NCBI GenBank assembly: GCA_026387835.1
Contig: JAPLKZ010000004.1
Location: forward strand, 41,928-73,927
Direction: 5' to 3'
DNA length: 32,000 nt
Source: Candidatus Saganbacteria bacterium
GTDB lineage: Bacteria; Margulisbacteria; WOR-1; JAKLHX01
The notes below the pieces were generated by a model that was not told the origin of the DNA, ran no database searches, and saw only the letters and a list, made by a program, of their open reading frames with translations. Shown here piece after piece: positions 16,416-26,964 of this stretch (position 1 is its first letter; each line of letters starts with the position of its first letter). The position numbers and the translations under genes were made by a program.

Positions 16416-17498
16416 TTATGTCCGATAAAAATATTTACCGGGCAGCTCTTTTGCAGCGCTCTTAAATATTAAATTCGACAGGATGAAAATGATCTCGGGG
16501 ATGGGTCTTGACGATCTTGACGCTATAGCATCGATATGTGCGGGTTCAAACGCGATGATCTCCATTATCAGCTTTTCGTCTTCCGAGAGCCGGTCCATGG
16601 CAACGACCGAGCTGTTATTAGCAGAGACCGGTATTATGTTGAGTTCTTCCAGTATGTCCCCCGCATTTTCCACAAGCTTTGCTCCCTGCTTGATAAGAGC
16701 GTTCGGCGCCCTGCTGAGGTCCCTGTCTATCTGTCCCGGAAGAGCAAATACATCCCTGTCCTGTTCAACGGCAAAACCCGCTGTTATGAGCGACCCGCTG
16801 TCGGATGATCCTTCTATCACGAGAGTTCCCATCGAAAGGCCTGAAATGATCCTGTTCCTTTTCGGGAAAGCCCACTTATCGATCTCCGCGACCTCATAAT
16901 ACTCGCAGACAAGAGCGCCGCTGCTTATTAATTTTTCTGCCAAACCCCTGTTTTGTGAAGGATATATCTTTTTTATCCCTGTGCCAAGGACAGCTATCGT
17001 CCTTCCTCCCGCTTCGACAGCAGCCTGATGCGCAAAGGAATCTATTCCTATTGCCAGGCCGGAGACGATGGTCACCCCCGCCTGCGCGAGGTCCTTTACC
17101 AGAGCCCTTGTCATGTCCCTTCCGTATGATGAGGGATTTCTTGTGCCTACCACGGCGATGCAGACCGAATCTTCAGGCAGTATTTCTCCTTTTATATACA
17201 AGACCGCGGGAGGGTCGTAAATATTGAGGAGTCTTTTTGGATACGAACTGTCCGAAATTGATATCGCTTTTATCCCGCCGTCAAACTCCGTCCTGATACT
17301 GCCCGGGTCTGCCTGCCGGCTTCTCTTGATATGCGAAGCAAGCTTTTCCCCGATCCCTTCGGCCACGGACAATTTTTCGCTTCCTGCTTTCCATATCTCT
17401 TCAGCTGAACCGAAATGTTCCAGCAGTTTTTTTATCCTCGCGGGACCGAGTTCCGGTATGCCGCTTAAAGCGATGAGGTATTGGGTCTCAGAAGGCAT
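16416..17498 (-). CDS. dprA: DNA-processing protein DprA
   Basis: 360 aa; N-terminal HhH-like region, VAVVGTRNPSSYGRDMTRALVKDLAQAGVTIVSGLAIGIDSFAHQAAVEAGGRTIAVLGTG, PFPKRN..ISGLS-type motif, C-terminal winged-helix-like region. Confidence 0.95.
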   Translation of the reverse strand: MPSETQYLIALSGIPELGPARIKKLLEHFGSAEEIWKAGSEKLSVAEGIGEKLASHIKRSRQADPGSIRTEFDGGIKAISISDSSYPKRLLNIYDPPAVLYIKGEILPEDSVCIAVVGTRNPSSYGRDMTRALVKDLAQAGVTIVSGLAIGIDSFAHQAAVEAGGRTIAVLGTGIKKIYPSQNRGLAEKLISSGALVCEYYEVAEIDKWAFPKRNRIISGLSMGTLVIEGSSDSGSLITAGFAVEQDRDVFALPGQIDRDLSRAPNALIKQGAKLVENAGDILEELNIIPVSANNSSVVAMDRLSEDEKLIMEIIAFEPAHIDAIASRSSRPIPEIIFILSNLIFKSAAKELPGKYFYRT

Positions 17499-18600
17499 GC
17501 TTTCTTAACTTTTCAAGATAAAGCGGTTTGAGGCTGACGCAGTCATAGGAGAACAATGAGACCCCGTAAAGAGACCCATAATACATCATATAGTGCCTTA
17601 CCATTTTGATCTGGCGGACGGTCATGTCCGCGTCCATTTTAAAAGCTGCGAGCCCCGCAACCACCGAATTTTTCTTTTTGGAAAGCGACGCGTCAAGAAG
17701 GACCATATCCTTTATTTTGTCCGGATCATCTGAATAGATCATCGGCACGACAAAATCCACTATGCCGTTATTGAGCCACGAAAGCCAGTCCTGGCCTTTA
17801 TCTTCCCTTGCTTCGACGATGTCCGGATATACGGCCGCGGACAAAGAAATATCCCTGCCCGACCGTTTTAACGCCTCCTTTAACCCGGCTACAAGTCCCG
17901 TCACGTTAGCGCACCTGTAATCAGTCCATTTATCCTTTATTTTCCTGTAACCGTCAGGCCCGTAATTATCTTTTAGACATTGCGGGTTTGTGACCAGATA
18001 TGAAGGGTCGACACCGAACGAATTGAAATATTGCCTCTTAGAATAATTATCAAAACCGGACTTTGAGTCAGGATATCTAATATAATCAAGATGCAACCCG
18101 TCGACATCATATTTTTCCGCGACTTCCAGGCAGACATCTTTCAGATGGTCCCTTACTTCTTTGTATGCCGGGTTCAGGAAAAGCATAGGCCTTGTCTCGA
18201 GTATCCATTCGGGGTGCAGTACGACGATATGGTCCTGCTGTTCCGGAGCCTCGGAAGTTGACCATACAAGGAATGTGTTTATCCATGCATGGACACTTAT
18301 CCCCCGGCTGTGGGATTTTTCGACAGTATATGCCAGGGGGTCAAATCCGGTATCGACGGATGGAAGTATGTCCGACCTGTAAAAAGCAACGCCTCTGCCG
18401 CAGACCTGTACAAAGAGCGTGTTAAAGCCGTTCTCCGCCGCGGCTTTCACGAAATTATCGATCTTTTCTTTTGAATCCATCTTAAACCTTGTCACCCACA
18501 TTGCTTTCACATAAGCGTATGAGCAATCTGCCCGCCATGCGTAAAAGACCGACACAATGACAATGATTAGAAAGAGAAAAAAGAGCCTTTTGGGGTTCAT
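17488..18600 (-). CDS. GHL10/DUF187-type glycosyl hydrolase-like lipoprotein or secreted protein
   Basis: Probable start is ATG at 18600 (M113 of the 482-aa ORF): [22 protein letters not shown]... signal/TM segment; [39 protein letters not shown]. The upstream extension overlaps folE and lacks domain-like sequence. Confidence 0.88.
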   Translation of the reverse strand: MNPKRLFFLFLIIVIVSVFYAWRADCSYAYVKAMWVTRFKMDSKEKIDNFVKAAAENGFNTLFVQVCGRGVAFYRSDILPSVDTGFDPLAYTVEKSHSRGISVHAWINTFLVWSTSEAPEQQDHIVVLHPEWILETRPMLFLNPAYKEVRDHLKDVCLEVAEKYDVDGLHLDYIRYPDSKSGFDNYSKRQYFNSFGVDPSYLVTNPQCLKDNYGPDGYRKIKDKWTDYRCANVTGLVAGLKEALKRSGRDISLSAAVYPDIVEAREDKGQDWLSWLNNGIVDFVVPMIYSDDPDKIKDMVLLDASLSKKKNSVVAGLAAFKMDADMTVRQIKMVRHYMMYYGSLYGVSLFSYDCVSLKPLYLEKLRKHAF

Positions 18601-19160
18601 TTGCTCTTTATGAGGGAAAGGGCTTCTGCCCTGGTTGCGGCATTCCTGCGGAATATGCCCCTGACAGCCGAGGTCGTCGTGATGGCCCCGGGCTTTTTGA
18701 CCCCGCGCATCGACATGCAAAGGTGTTCGGCTTCTATGATCACCAGTACACCGTGGGGGTTCATTTTCTTCATCAGCAGGTCTGCGATCTGGGATGTCAG
18801 CCTTTCCTGCACCTGTGGCCTCTTTGCAAAAGCCTCCACTACCCGCACGAGCTTTGAAAGGCCGGTTATGTGGCCCTTTCGCGGGATATAGACTATATGC
18901 GCCATGCCGATGAAAGGGATAAGATGATGCTCGCACATCGAGTAAAAAGGTATGTCGCGGACCATCACCATCTCTTCGTGGTCTTCATTATGGAACATGG
19001 TCAGCTCTTTGGCAGGATCTTTTGAAAGCCCGGCAAAGAGTTCCGCGTACATCCTTGCGACCCTTGCGGGCGTGCCCTTGATGCCCTCGCGGTCGACATC
19101 CTCGCCTATGGCCTCAAGTATTTCTTTTACTGCTTTTTCTATCTTTTTAAGGTTGATCAT
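18597..19160 (-). CDS. folE: GTP cyclohydrolase I
   Basis: 187 aa; [77 protein letters not shown]. Confidence 0.97.
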   Translation of the reverse strand: MINLKKIEKAVKEILEAIGEDVDREGIKGTPARVARMYAELFAGLSKDPAKELTMFHNEDHEEMVMVRDIPFYSMCEHHLIPFIGMAHIVYIPRKGHITGLSKLVRVVEAFAKRPQVQERLTSQIADLLMKKMNPHGVLVIIEAEHLCMSMRGVKKPGAITTTSAVRGIFRRNAATRAEALSLIKSK

Positions 19161-19162
19161 CT

Positions 19163-20821
19163 TTAAAATATCCCGCGTACACAGCCTTCATCGTCGATAT
19201 CCATATTTTCCGCTGCCGGATGTTTCGGAAGGCCCGGCATTGTCATTATATCACCGAGGTACGCTATGATGAATCCTGCTCCCGCGGCGATCTTCATTTT
19301 TTTTACTTTTATCGTGAAACCTGCAGGCGCTCCGAGCCTTGTGTGATCATCCGTAAAAGAGAACTGGTTCTTCGCGATACAGACCGGCAGGGATGAATAT
19401 CCTTTTTTCTTTATTATCCCGAGATCTGTTTTTGCCTGTTCCGAAAACTCAACGCCGTCAGCACCGTATATCTTTACCGCGATGCTCCGGATCTTCTCTT
19501 CAATAGAGGCATTGACATCGTACAAGAAAGAAATATCCGCCTTTTTATTATTTATCGGTCCGGCTACTTCCTTAGCGAGCCCTATCCCGCCTTTACCGCC
19601 GTTTTCTCTTACATCGCAGACAACGCACTTTATTCCTATCTCTTTACATCTGTCGCATATCATCTTTATTTCTTCCGGACTGTCAAAATCATATTTATTG
19701 ACCGCCCCGATCACCGGGATCCCGTAATTTCTAAGGCCCGCTACATGTCTATCCATATTTGCAAAGCCTTTTTTCAGCGCCTCCTCGTCCCTGTCCTTGT
19801 ATTTGTCCTTGACAGCTCCGCCCTGCCATTTCAGAGCTTTTGTGGTTATTACCAGGACGATGCAAGAGGGTTTTAAGGCGCCGGTCCTGCATTTAATATC
19901 GAAGAACTTTTCTGCCCCGAGGTCGGATCCGAACCCCGCTTCCGTCACCACATAGTCCGCCAGTTTCAGCGCCAGTTTTGTCGCTATCAGACTATTGCAA
20001 CCGTGGGCGATATTTGCAAAAGGGCCTCCGTGGACGAATGCCGGGACTCCTTCCACCGTCTGGACAAGATTTGGTTTTATCGCTTCTTTAAGCAGAAGCG
20101 CCATCGCGCCCGAGGCTTTTAGGTCACATGCAGTGACCGGCTCACCGCCTTTTGAAAAACCGACGACTATCCTGCCCAGTTTTTCTTTCATCTGCGCGAT
20201 GCTCATAGAAAGACAAATGACTGACATGACCTCGGAAGCGGCCGTGATCTCAAACTGCGCGGTCCTTTCTATTTCTTTGAACTTATAAGTTATGCTGCGG
20301 AGCGCCCTGTCGTTCATGTCGACGACCCTTGTCCATGTAATCCTGTCCTTGTCTATCCCGAGCTCATTTCCGAAATAAAGATGGTTATCGATCATCGCGG
20401 CAAGGAGATTGTGCGCGGCTCCTACCATATACATATCACCGGTAAAATGAAGGTTGATGTCTTCCATCGGGAGCACCTGCGAATACCCGCCTCCCGCTGC
20501 GCCGCCTTTTATTCCCATCGTAGGGCCGAGAGACGGCTCCCTTATACAGACCATGGTTTTCTTTCCTATTTTCTTTAAAGCCTGCGCCAGACCGATCGTC
20601 ACCGTCGTTTTCCCCTCGCCAAAAGGCGTCGGGGATATCGTAGTGACAAGTATCAAACTCCCGTCCTTTTTCTTCACCCTTTTCTTATAAGCCGAAAGAT
20701 AAATCTTTGCGATATGCCGTCCGTAAAGCTCTATCTCGCTCTTTTTCAACCCGAGCGATGCCGCGATCTTTTCTATCGGCAGGAGTTTACACTTCTTCGC
20801 GATCTCTATATCGGAGACCAT
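19163..20821 (-). CDS. fhs: formate--tetrahydrofolate ligase
   Basis: 552 aa; [92 protein letters not shown]. Confidence 0.97.
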   Translation of the reverse strand: MVSDIEIAKKCKLLPIEKIAASLGLKKSEIELYGRHIAKIYLSAYKKRVKKKDGSLILVTTISPTPFGEGKTTVTIGLAQALKKIGKKTMVCIREPSLGPTMGIKGGAAGGGYSQVLPMEDINLHFTGDMYMVGAAHNLLAAMIDNHLYFGNELGIDKDRITWTRVVDMNDRALRSITYKFKEIERTAQFEITAASEVMSVICLSMSIAQMKEKLGRIVVGFSKGGEPVTACDLKASGAMALLLKEAIKPNLVQTVEGVPAFVHGGPFANIAHGCNSLIATKLALKLADYVVTEAGFGSDLGAEKFFDIKCRTGALKPSCIVLVITTKALKWQGGAVKDKYKDRDEEALKKGFANMDRHVAGLRNYGIPVIGAVNKYDFDSPEEIKMICDRCKEIGIKCVVCDVRENGGKGGIGLAKEVAGPINNKKADISFLYDVNASIEEKIRSIAVKIYGADGVEFSEQAKTDLGIIKKKGYSSLPVCIAKNQFSFTDDHTRLGAPAGFTIKVKKMKIAAGAGFIIAYLGDIMTMPGLPKHPAAENMDIDDEGCVRGIF

Positions 20822-20901
20822 AATACAGGCATTTTATCATAAATCAGTGAAATTTTTGGTTTTTCAAGACGATATAAAAGTAGTATATAGAAATAATAAA
20901 C

Positions 20902-22230
20902 ATGGCATTAATAATAAGAAAAGGACTTCCGCAATTATCTGCGGTCCCACATGCCGTATTCAGCGGTAACCTATATGGTTCCGACCCGAAGTATTCCAGG
21001 CGTATCTTCCCGAAAACTCCGGAACAAAGATTAACTACATTAGATGACGTATTCTCGGTATCGACAGTTTTCGGCCTGAAAGTCATAATCGTGCCAGACC
21101 AGAAAACTGCCGCGTATTTAGGCGCGGGAATAACTCTGAAAGCTTTTGAAGCTTTGGGAAATGAAAAGGCAACACTCGGCGTGTCAGCCGGAGGGACATG
21201 GGAAGAAACTAGATACGCGCTCGGGATGCCTGAATTTTCAAAAAACATATTCGGAATGAGCCTGCCCGTTAACAGGATCCCGTTCGTGGGTTCGATCGAT
21301 GAATATGCCCTGCACAGGTCGCTGTACGACAAGATCACGGATGATATAGGTTCCGAATCCGATTTTATCGCCAACCGCCAGTCGCCCTGGACTTTTATGG
21401 GTGAACATCTTCTCTGGATGAACGCCGCCGGTTTTAATGAAGAGCAGTACATTGGCCCGCCTGTCAGATATGAATATGCGGATATTGAAGCATTAAGGAT
21501 ATTTGAAGATGTTCTAAAAAAGTATTTTGGCTGTTCTCTCGTCCAGTGGCACGGCATAGGGATAAACGGGCATGACGGTCAGTGCGAGCCCGGGGATTAT
21601 GATCCTGTAAAAGAAGGTTTCAGGCTTTCAAGGTTGACCGATGCCACACGGATACAAAATACGGGAGGTTTTGTCCCTTCTTTTAAAACAACAGGATATT
21701 TAAGGGGCACGATGTTCAGGGATGTAGCCGCTGCATACGGGCTTCTGACATTCAATGAAATCATCAGTAAATGTCAGGTGCTTGCCGCGTCTTTTCACGG
21801 CGATAATGTACCTGATGAATTATCGTATGTTGAGCTTGAAGTGTACCGGGATTTTATGAGATCATTTGCTTCTTCCTGGGACAGCGTCCTTAAAACCGCA
21901 AAAAGGGTCCCCGCTTTCGGGCTTACCCGCGGTACCGGAGAGATGGCGCACGCATCAGACCTTCATCTTTTCATGGCCACCGGCGGGCACAAAGCTCTTG
22001 CGATGAAAAATGTCCTTGAGAAGCCGGTCAGTCCAAGATGGCCGTCATCCAGCCTTCAGACATACCCCAGGTCTGTAGTGATAATCGACAGCCTGGCAGC
22101 TCGCTTGTTGAACCGTAACGATATGTATTTTGTATTTGAAGCTGATGAAAGCACCGCTGAAAAGATCAGCCAATTCGATCTCGCATCTTTAAAGGCAAAG
22201 TTCTGGGATAGGCTTGACCGGAAGGGATAA
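20902..22230 (+). CDS. divergent, enlarged NagB/glucosamine-6-phosphate isomerase-fold protein (442 aa)
   Basis: Motifs in NagB order: LGVSAGGTWEETRYAL, SIDEYALHRS, GIGINGHDGQCEPG, LFMATGGHKALAMKNVLEKPVSPRWPSSSLQTYPRSVVIID. Length is well above a typical ~260-aa NagB. Confidence 0.7.
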   Translation: MALIIRKGLPQLSAVPHAVFSGNLYGSDPKYSRRIFPKTPEQRLTTLDDVFSVSTVFGLKVIIVPDQKTAAYLGAGITLKAFEALGNEKATLGVSAGGTWEETRYALGMPEFSKNIFGMSLPVNRIPFVGSIDEYALHRSLYDKITDDIGSESDFIANRQSPWTFMGEHLLWMNAAGFNEEQYIGPPVRYEYADIEALRIFEDVLKKYFGCSLVQWHGIGINGHDGQCEPGDYDPVKEGFRLSRLTDATRIQNTGGFVPSFKTTGYLRGTMFRDVAAAYGLLTFNEIISKCQVLAASFHGDNVPDELSYVELEVYRDFMRSFASSWDSVLKTAKRVPAFGLTRGTGEMAHASDLHLFMATGGHKALAMKNVLEKPVSPRWPSSSLQTYPRSVVIIDSLAARLLNRNDMYFVFEADESTAEKISQFDLASLKAKFWDRLDRKG

Positions 22231-22233
22231 AGT

Positions 22234-24141
22234 TCAGGCCTGTGATCTTCTTATCGTCCCGGCGATCCCCTGAGAGTACAATCCGTATTTTTCTAAAATA
22301 AAATCTCTTTTTCCCGCTTCGATGAACTTGTCGGGAAGGCCGATCCTCTTCACCGGTTTTATTATCTTTTCTTCTTCAAGTAGCTCGAGGACCGCGGAGC
22401 CGAAACCACCCTGGAGGCATCCTTCTTCGACGGTGACTATCTGACCGGCTTCTTTCGCTTCTTTCACGATAAGATCCCTGTCAAGAGGTTTTACAAACCG
22501 GGAATTGATGACAGTGGCGCTTACAGCGTCCTTTTCAAGCATCTTTGCCGCTTCTATCGAAGGGTGTACCATTGAACCGATAGATATGATCAAAATCGTT
22601 TCGGATTTCGGATTTCGGATTTCGGATTTATAAACTATCTCTCCTTTTCCTATCTCTATCTTCTTAAGCTCACCGTCCATTTTTACACCGGTAATCTTCG
22701 TTTTCGGGTACCTGAGCGATATCGGACCATCGTGATTTATCGCCGTAAAGATCATGTGCTGCAGTTCATTCTCATCCTTCGGCGCCATCACGACCATGTT
22801 CGGCAGGTGTCTCATATACGCGAGATCGAACACGCCGTTATGCGTAGGCCCGTCATCCCCTACCACCCCCGCCCTGTCCATGCAGAAAACGACATGGAGA
22901 TTCTGCAGGCAGACATCATGGAATATTTGGTCGTAAGACCTCTGCAGAAAAGTCGAGTAGATCGCGCACACCGGGACCATCCCGCCTTTTGCCAGGCCGG
23001 CCGCAAAGATCACCGAGTGCTCCTCCGCTATGCCGACATCGTAAAATCTGTCAGGATAAGCTTTCGCGAACTCGTCAAGTCCGGTACCCTCGACCATCGC
23101 GGCTGTCACTGCCACGATATTTGGATCCTTTAAACCCAGGCGCAGGACAGTCTTCCCGAATATCTCTGTATATGTCGCCGGCAGGCTTTTTACCAGAGGC
23201 TCACCGGTCTTTACATCGAACGCTGCAACACCGTGAAACTTAGTCGGGTTCTTTTCCGCGGGAGGGTATCCTTTCCCTTTCTTTGTAAGGATATGAAGAA
23301 GTATGGGTCTCTGCACCTCTTTTGCAAATGAAAGGGCGCTCATCAGCAGGGTTATATTGTGCCCGTCAATAGGCCCGAGGTATTGTATGCCGAACTCTTC
23401 GACGATCACCTCGGTCTGGAAGTTTATGATAAAGTTTTTCATCCTGTTCTTCAATTTTTCGGCGATCTTGAACATAGGCATCCCGATCTTAGGGATCTTT
23501 TTTACCAATTTTTCTACGCGCGCCTTGGTCTTGGTGTAGATCGGGTTCATCCGCACTTTTGTGAAATATTCGGCAAGGGCCCCGACATTCTTTGATATGG
23601 ACATCTCGTTGTCATTAAGGATGATGACGAGGTTGCTCTTCAGGTTCATCGCGTTATTGATCGCTTCAAGAGAAAGTCCTCCCGACAGCGATCCGTCCCC
23701 TATGGCCGCGACTACTTTATAATCTTTTCCTAAAAGATCTCTCGCCTTGGCAAGCCCTATGGCGGACGAAATGGCAGTGCTGGCGTGCCCGGTCGTGAAC
23801 TGGTCATGCTCGCTTTCCTCCGAAGAGGGGTATCCGCTTATCCCGTCATACAGCCTCAGGGTACCGAACTGCTTTAGCCTTCCGGTCAATATCTTGTGCG
23901 CATATGACTGATGGCCTACGTCCCAGATGATCTTATCGGAGGGGGAATCAAAGATCGTGTGCAGCGCGATCGAAAGCTCGACGGAGCCCAGGTTGGAAGA
24001 CAGGTGGCCGCCGTTCCTTGAAACTGTATCAATTATCACCGTCCTGATGTCTTTCGCAAGCTCATCCAGCTCGGGACCGGACAGTTTTTTTAGGTCGGAC
24101 GGAAGATCAAGTCTGTCAAGCAACAAAGGAGTATACTCCAA
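22234..24141 (-). CDS. dxs: 1-deoxy-D-xylulose-5-phosphate synthase
   Basis: 635 aa; GGHLSSNLGSVELSIALHTIF, DVGHQSYAHKILTGR, AIGDGSLSGGLSLEAINNA, YLGPIDGHN, MDRAGVVGDDGPTHNG, RYPKTK. Confidence 0.97.
   Translation of the reverse strand: MEYTPLLLDRLDLPSDLKKLSGPELDELAKDIRTVIIDTVSRNGGHLSSNLGSVELSIALHTIFDSPSDKIIWDVGHQSYAHKILTGRLKQFGTLRLYDGISGYPSSEESEHDQFTTGHASTAISSAIGLAKARDLLGKDYKVVAAIGDGSLSGGLSLEAINNAMNLKSNLVIILNDNEMSISKNVGALAEYFTKVRMNPIYTKTKARVEKLVKKIPKIGMPMFKIAEKLKNRMKNFIINFQTEVIVEEFGIQYLGPIDGHNITLLMSALSFAKEVQRPILLHILTKKGKGYPPAEKNPTKFHGVAAFDVKTGEPLVKSLPATYTEIFGKTVLRLGLKDPNIVAVTAAMVEGTGLDEFAKAYPDRFYDVGIAEEHSVIFAAGLAKGGMVPVCAIYSTFLQRSYDQIFHDVCLQNLHVVFCMDRAGVVGDDGPTHNGVFDLAYMRHLPNMVVMAPKDENELQHMIFTAINHDGPISLRYPKTKITGVKMDGELKKIEIGKGEIVYKSEIRNPKSETILIISIGSMVHPSIEAAKMLEKDAVSATVINSRFVKPLDRDLIVKEAKEAGQIVTVEEGCLQGGFGSAVLELLEEEKIIKPVKRIGLPDKFIEAGKRDFILEKYGLYSQGIAGTIRRSQA
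22599..22626. repeat. four perfect tandem copies of TTTCGGA inside dxs
   Basis: Direct reading: TTTCGGA x4 followed by TTTATAA. Minus-strand translation gives YKSEIRNPKSET. Confidence 0.97.
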
Positions 24142-24583
24142 AATACATAAGCAAAGATATTATCAGACCGAATATCAGGCCGGCAAGGACCTCGAGAGGC
24201 GTATGGCCCATGAACTCATGAAGTTTTTCACTGCTTATCCTGCCTGACTTGTAAAGGTCCTCGAGTATCCTGTTAAGTACTATCGACTGGGCACCGGTCG
24301 CGCGCCTCACTCCCACGGCGTCATACATCACTATGCAGGAAAAAGCCACTGAGATCGCGAACTGCGACGAGCACCAGCCGTTCCAGATGCCGACCGAGAC
24401 GGCGAGAGAAGTTGCCATGGCGGAGTGCGCTGAAGGCATCCCTCCGGATTCTAAAAAATGGCGCCATTCAAGTTTTTTGTCGATCATATAGTAGTAGACG
24501 ATCTTGAACGCCTGGCCAAGGAACATGGCCAGAAGCGAGGACATCAGAGGATAGTTCTTCAGTATCTCAAAAAGCACCTTCAT
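24116..24583 (-). CDS. DUF212 / YuiD-like divergent PAP2 family protein
   Basis: 155 aa; LAMFLGQAFKIVYYYMIDKKLEWRHFLESGGMPSAHSAMATSLAVSVG, VMYDAVGVRRATGAQSIVLNRI, EFMGHTPLEVLAGLIFG. Confidence 0.93.
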   Translation of the reverse strand: MKVLFEILKNYPLMSSLLAMFLGQAFKIVYYYMIDKKLEWRHFLESGGMPSAHSAMATSLAVSVGIWNGWCSSQFAISVAFSCIVMYDAVGVRRATGAQSIVLNRILEDLYKSGRISSEKLHEFMGHTPLEVLAGLIFGLIISLLMYFGVYSFVA

Positions 24584-24589
24584 GATGAT

Positions 24590-25486
24590 TTAATTGTTCC
24601 TTTCCGCTGCAAATTTTGCCATTTCCCTCAACGGGTCGGCCGACTTATCGAACTTTTTCAGTGCCTTTAGCGCTGATTCTTTTTCTTTCAGGAGCATTTC
24701 CATGGAGGCCTCAAGTCCGAAGACCGAAGGGAACGTGATCTTCTCCTTCTTTTTGTCGGACATTGAAGGTTTTCCGGTCTCCTGAGGGTCTCCGCTCACA
24801 TCAAGTATATCATCTTTTATCTGGAATGCCATTCCGGTGTGATAGGCATATTTTTTCAGGCATTCTATCTGCCATTTTTTTGCACCGGCCACTTTTGCTC
24901 CCGCATAACAGCTTGCCATCAGGAGTTCCGCGGTCTTTTTTCTGTGGATCTCAAGCAGCCATTCTTTGCCGGGCACGGCACCTTCGCTGATAAGGTCCAG
25001 TGATTGCCCTCCCGTCATGCCGGCGCATCCCGCAGCTTTTGAAATAACGCCGATAATACCGGAAAATTTCTTTACGGCAATATTGACGCTGTACGGAAGC
25101 TTAGCAAGCACTTCGAACGCCCTGATCAAAAGCGCGTCCCCGGCCAGGATCGCCGTCGCCTCGCCGAATTTCTTATGGCAGGAAGGAAGACCTCTTCTAA
25201 GATCGTCATCATCCATCGAAGGGAGATCGTCGTGGACAAGGGAAAAAGCATGTATCATCTCGATGGCGCACGCGGTCGTCATGACGTCCTCTTCTTTTCC
25301 TCCGACAGCCGAGGCGCTGGCAAGCACCAGTATCGGCCTGAAACGCTTTCCCGAAGAGAGAACGCTGTACCTCATGGCCTGTGACAGGACAGAATCATCA
25401 TCCGGAAGCAGATGTTCAAGGCTTTTGTCGATCACCTGTTTTTTGTCGTTCAGATATGCTTTTATATCAAAGAAGAATTCTGTCAT
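24590..25486 (-). CDS. ispA: polyprenyl synthetase (farnesyl/geranylgeranyl diphosphate synthase type)
   Basis: 298 aa; [71 protein letters not shown]. Confidence 0.93.
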   Translation of the reverse strand: MTEFFFDIKAYLNDKKQVIDKSLEHLLPDDDSVLSQAMRYSVLSSGKRFRPILVLASASAVGGKEEDVMTTACAIEMIHAFSLVHDDLPSMDDDDLRRGLPSCHKKFGEATAILAGDALLIRAFEVLAKLPYSVNIAVKKFSGIIGVISKAAGCAGMTGGQSLDLISEGAVPGKEWLLEIHRKKTAELLMASCYAGAKVAGAKKWQIECLKKYAYHTGMAFQIKDDILDVSGDPQETGKPSMSDKKKEKITFPSVFGLEASMEMLLKEKESALKALKKFDKSADPLREMAKFAAERNN

Positions 25487-26256
25487 CTGACCGCCACTCC
25501 ATTTTTTGACAGATACTGCTTTATATCCTTGATCCTCAACTGCCCGTAATGCAGCAGAGAAGCGAGCAGAGCGGCATCAGCCCTGCCATCGGTCAAAATA
25601 TCATTGATGTGCTCAAGCGTTCCCGCCCCGCCGGATGCTATCACCGGGATGTTCACGCTTTCAGATACTGCCCTTGTCAGTTCTATATCATATCCGATCT
25701 TTGTCCCATCCCTGTCCATGCTGGTCAGAAGTATCTCGCCAGCCCCAAACTTTTCCGCCTTTTTTGCCCATTCTACGGCATCTATACCGGTCGGCGTCCT
25801 TCCGCCGTGCGTGTACACTTCCCATTTCTTTATGTCTTTCGGTCTGCTGCTAGTGACATGTTTCGCGTCGATAGCGATCACGATACACTGCGAGCCGAAC
25901 CTCGCTGCCGAAGCGGTGATCAATCCGGGATCGTTCACTGCCGCAGTATTTATCGATACTTTGTCGGCACCTGAAGACAGTATCTCTCTTATAGCGTCCA
26001 GATCGCTTATCCCGCCGCCCACCGTGAACGGGATGAACACTTCTTCGGCCACCCTCCTTACAACATCGATCATCACGCCTCTTTTTTCATGAGATGCCGT
26101 GATGTCAAGGAAACACAGTTCGTCCGCGCCTTCTTTGTCGTAAACTTTAGCGAGCGAGACGGGGTCCCCTGCATCGGCAAGGTTCACAAAATTGATGCCT
26201 TTCACCACGCGCCCCTCTTTTACATCAAGGCAGGGGATTATTCTTTTTGCAAGCAT
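25483..26256 (-). CDS. hisF: imidazole glycerol phosphate synthase subunit HisF
   Basis: 257 aa; [75 protein letters not shown]. Confidence 0.97.
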   Translation of the reverse strand: MLAKRIIPCLDVKEGRVVKGINFVNLADAGDPVSLAKVYDKEGADELCFLDITASHEKRGVMIDVVRRVAEEVFIPFTVGGGISDLDAIREILSSGADKVSINTAAVNDPGLITASAARFGSQCIVIAIDAKHVTSSRPKDIKKWEVYTHGGRTPTGIDAVEWAKKAEKFGAGEILLTSMDRDGTKIGYDIELTRAVSESVNIPVIASGGAGTLEHINDILTDGRADAALLASLLHYGQLRIKDIKQYLSKNGVAVR

Positions 26257-26964
26257 TTAACTTTTTCCTTTTGACATCATTTTTGATACGGTCACGAACT
26301 CGTAACCTTTTGCCCTCAGGCTTTCGATTATCAACGGGAGCGCCCTGATCGTCTCCTCGCTGCCGTTATGGAAAAGGATGATATCCCCGTTACCCGCTTT
26401 CGCTATCACGCTGTCAGCGAGTTTTCTTCCGGTCTTTTCGTAATCCTCGTCGAGATCAAAATCGCGGGTCATCTTCACGAAGTCGCCGGCGTTGACGGAC
26501 CAGTTTACCTGCCGCAAGCCGCATTTCGACGCGACAGATCTCGTCCTGAAAACAAAATCACCTCCCGGAGGCCTGAAAAGTCCGGGATATTTACCGGTTA
26601 TGTCAAATATCACGGTATTCGTCTTTGTCAGTTCTTTCTTCAGGGCTTCTTCGGGCATGACGGAAATATTCCTATGAGTGTATGTGTGATTTCCTATCTC
26701 GTGGCCTTCGTCGTTCATCCTCATTATTATGTCGGGAAAATCCTTTGCTTCTTTGCCGACGACAAAGAAAGTGGCTTTGACCGTGTATCTTGTCAGGATG
26801 TCCAGCACTTTCTGGGAATATTCCGGCTTGGGCCCGTCATCAAAGGTCAATGCGATCTCTTTTTTATCCGCGGGGCCTTTCCAGATGACTTTTTGCATTA
26901 TAAAAGCCGGCGCATGCTGTGAAAAAATTATCAGCAGTAATAGTATCAGGTATTTTTTTACCAC
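26257..26964 (-). CDS. polysaccharide (peptidoglycan/chitooligosaccharide-type) deacetylase, secreted
   Basis: 235 aa; N-terminal signal-like segment; IALTFDDGPKPEYSQKVLDIL, ATFFVVGKEA, HEIGNHTYTHRN, LFRPPGG. Confidence 0.93.
   Translation of the reverse strand: MVKKYLILLLLIIFSQHAPAFIMQKVIWKGPADKKEIALTFDDGPKPEYSQKVLDILTRYTVKATFFVVGKEAKDFPDIIMRMNDEGHEIGNHTYTHRNISVMPEEALKKELTKTNTVIFDITGKYPGLFRPPGGDFVFRTRSVASKCGLRQVNWSVNAGDFVKMTRDFDLDEDYEKTGRKLADSVIAKAGNGDIILFHNGSEETIRALPLIIESLRAKGYEFVTVSKMMSKGKS

Noticed and set aside
16405-16465. AGGAGG followed by ATG and a 15-codon ORF on the plus strand
   Set aside because: Mostly antisense to the dprA 3' end, very short, and more likely chance sequence in the region containing the promoter of the PRC/MgtE_N gene.
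18601-18936. N-terminal 112-aa extension of the GHL10-like ORF
   Set aside because: Lies entirely over folE in another frame, has random-looking composition, and the signal peptide begins at the ATG ending at 18600.
20844-21557. 237-aa minus-strand ORF
   Set aside because: Antisense to the NagB-like gene, whose frame contains ordered NagB motifs; this ORF has no recognisable domain.
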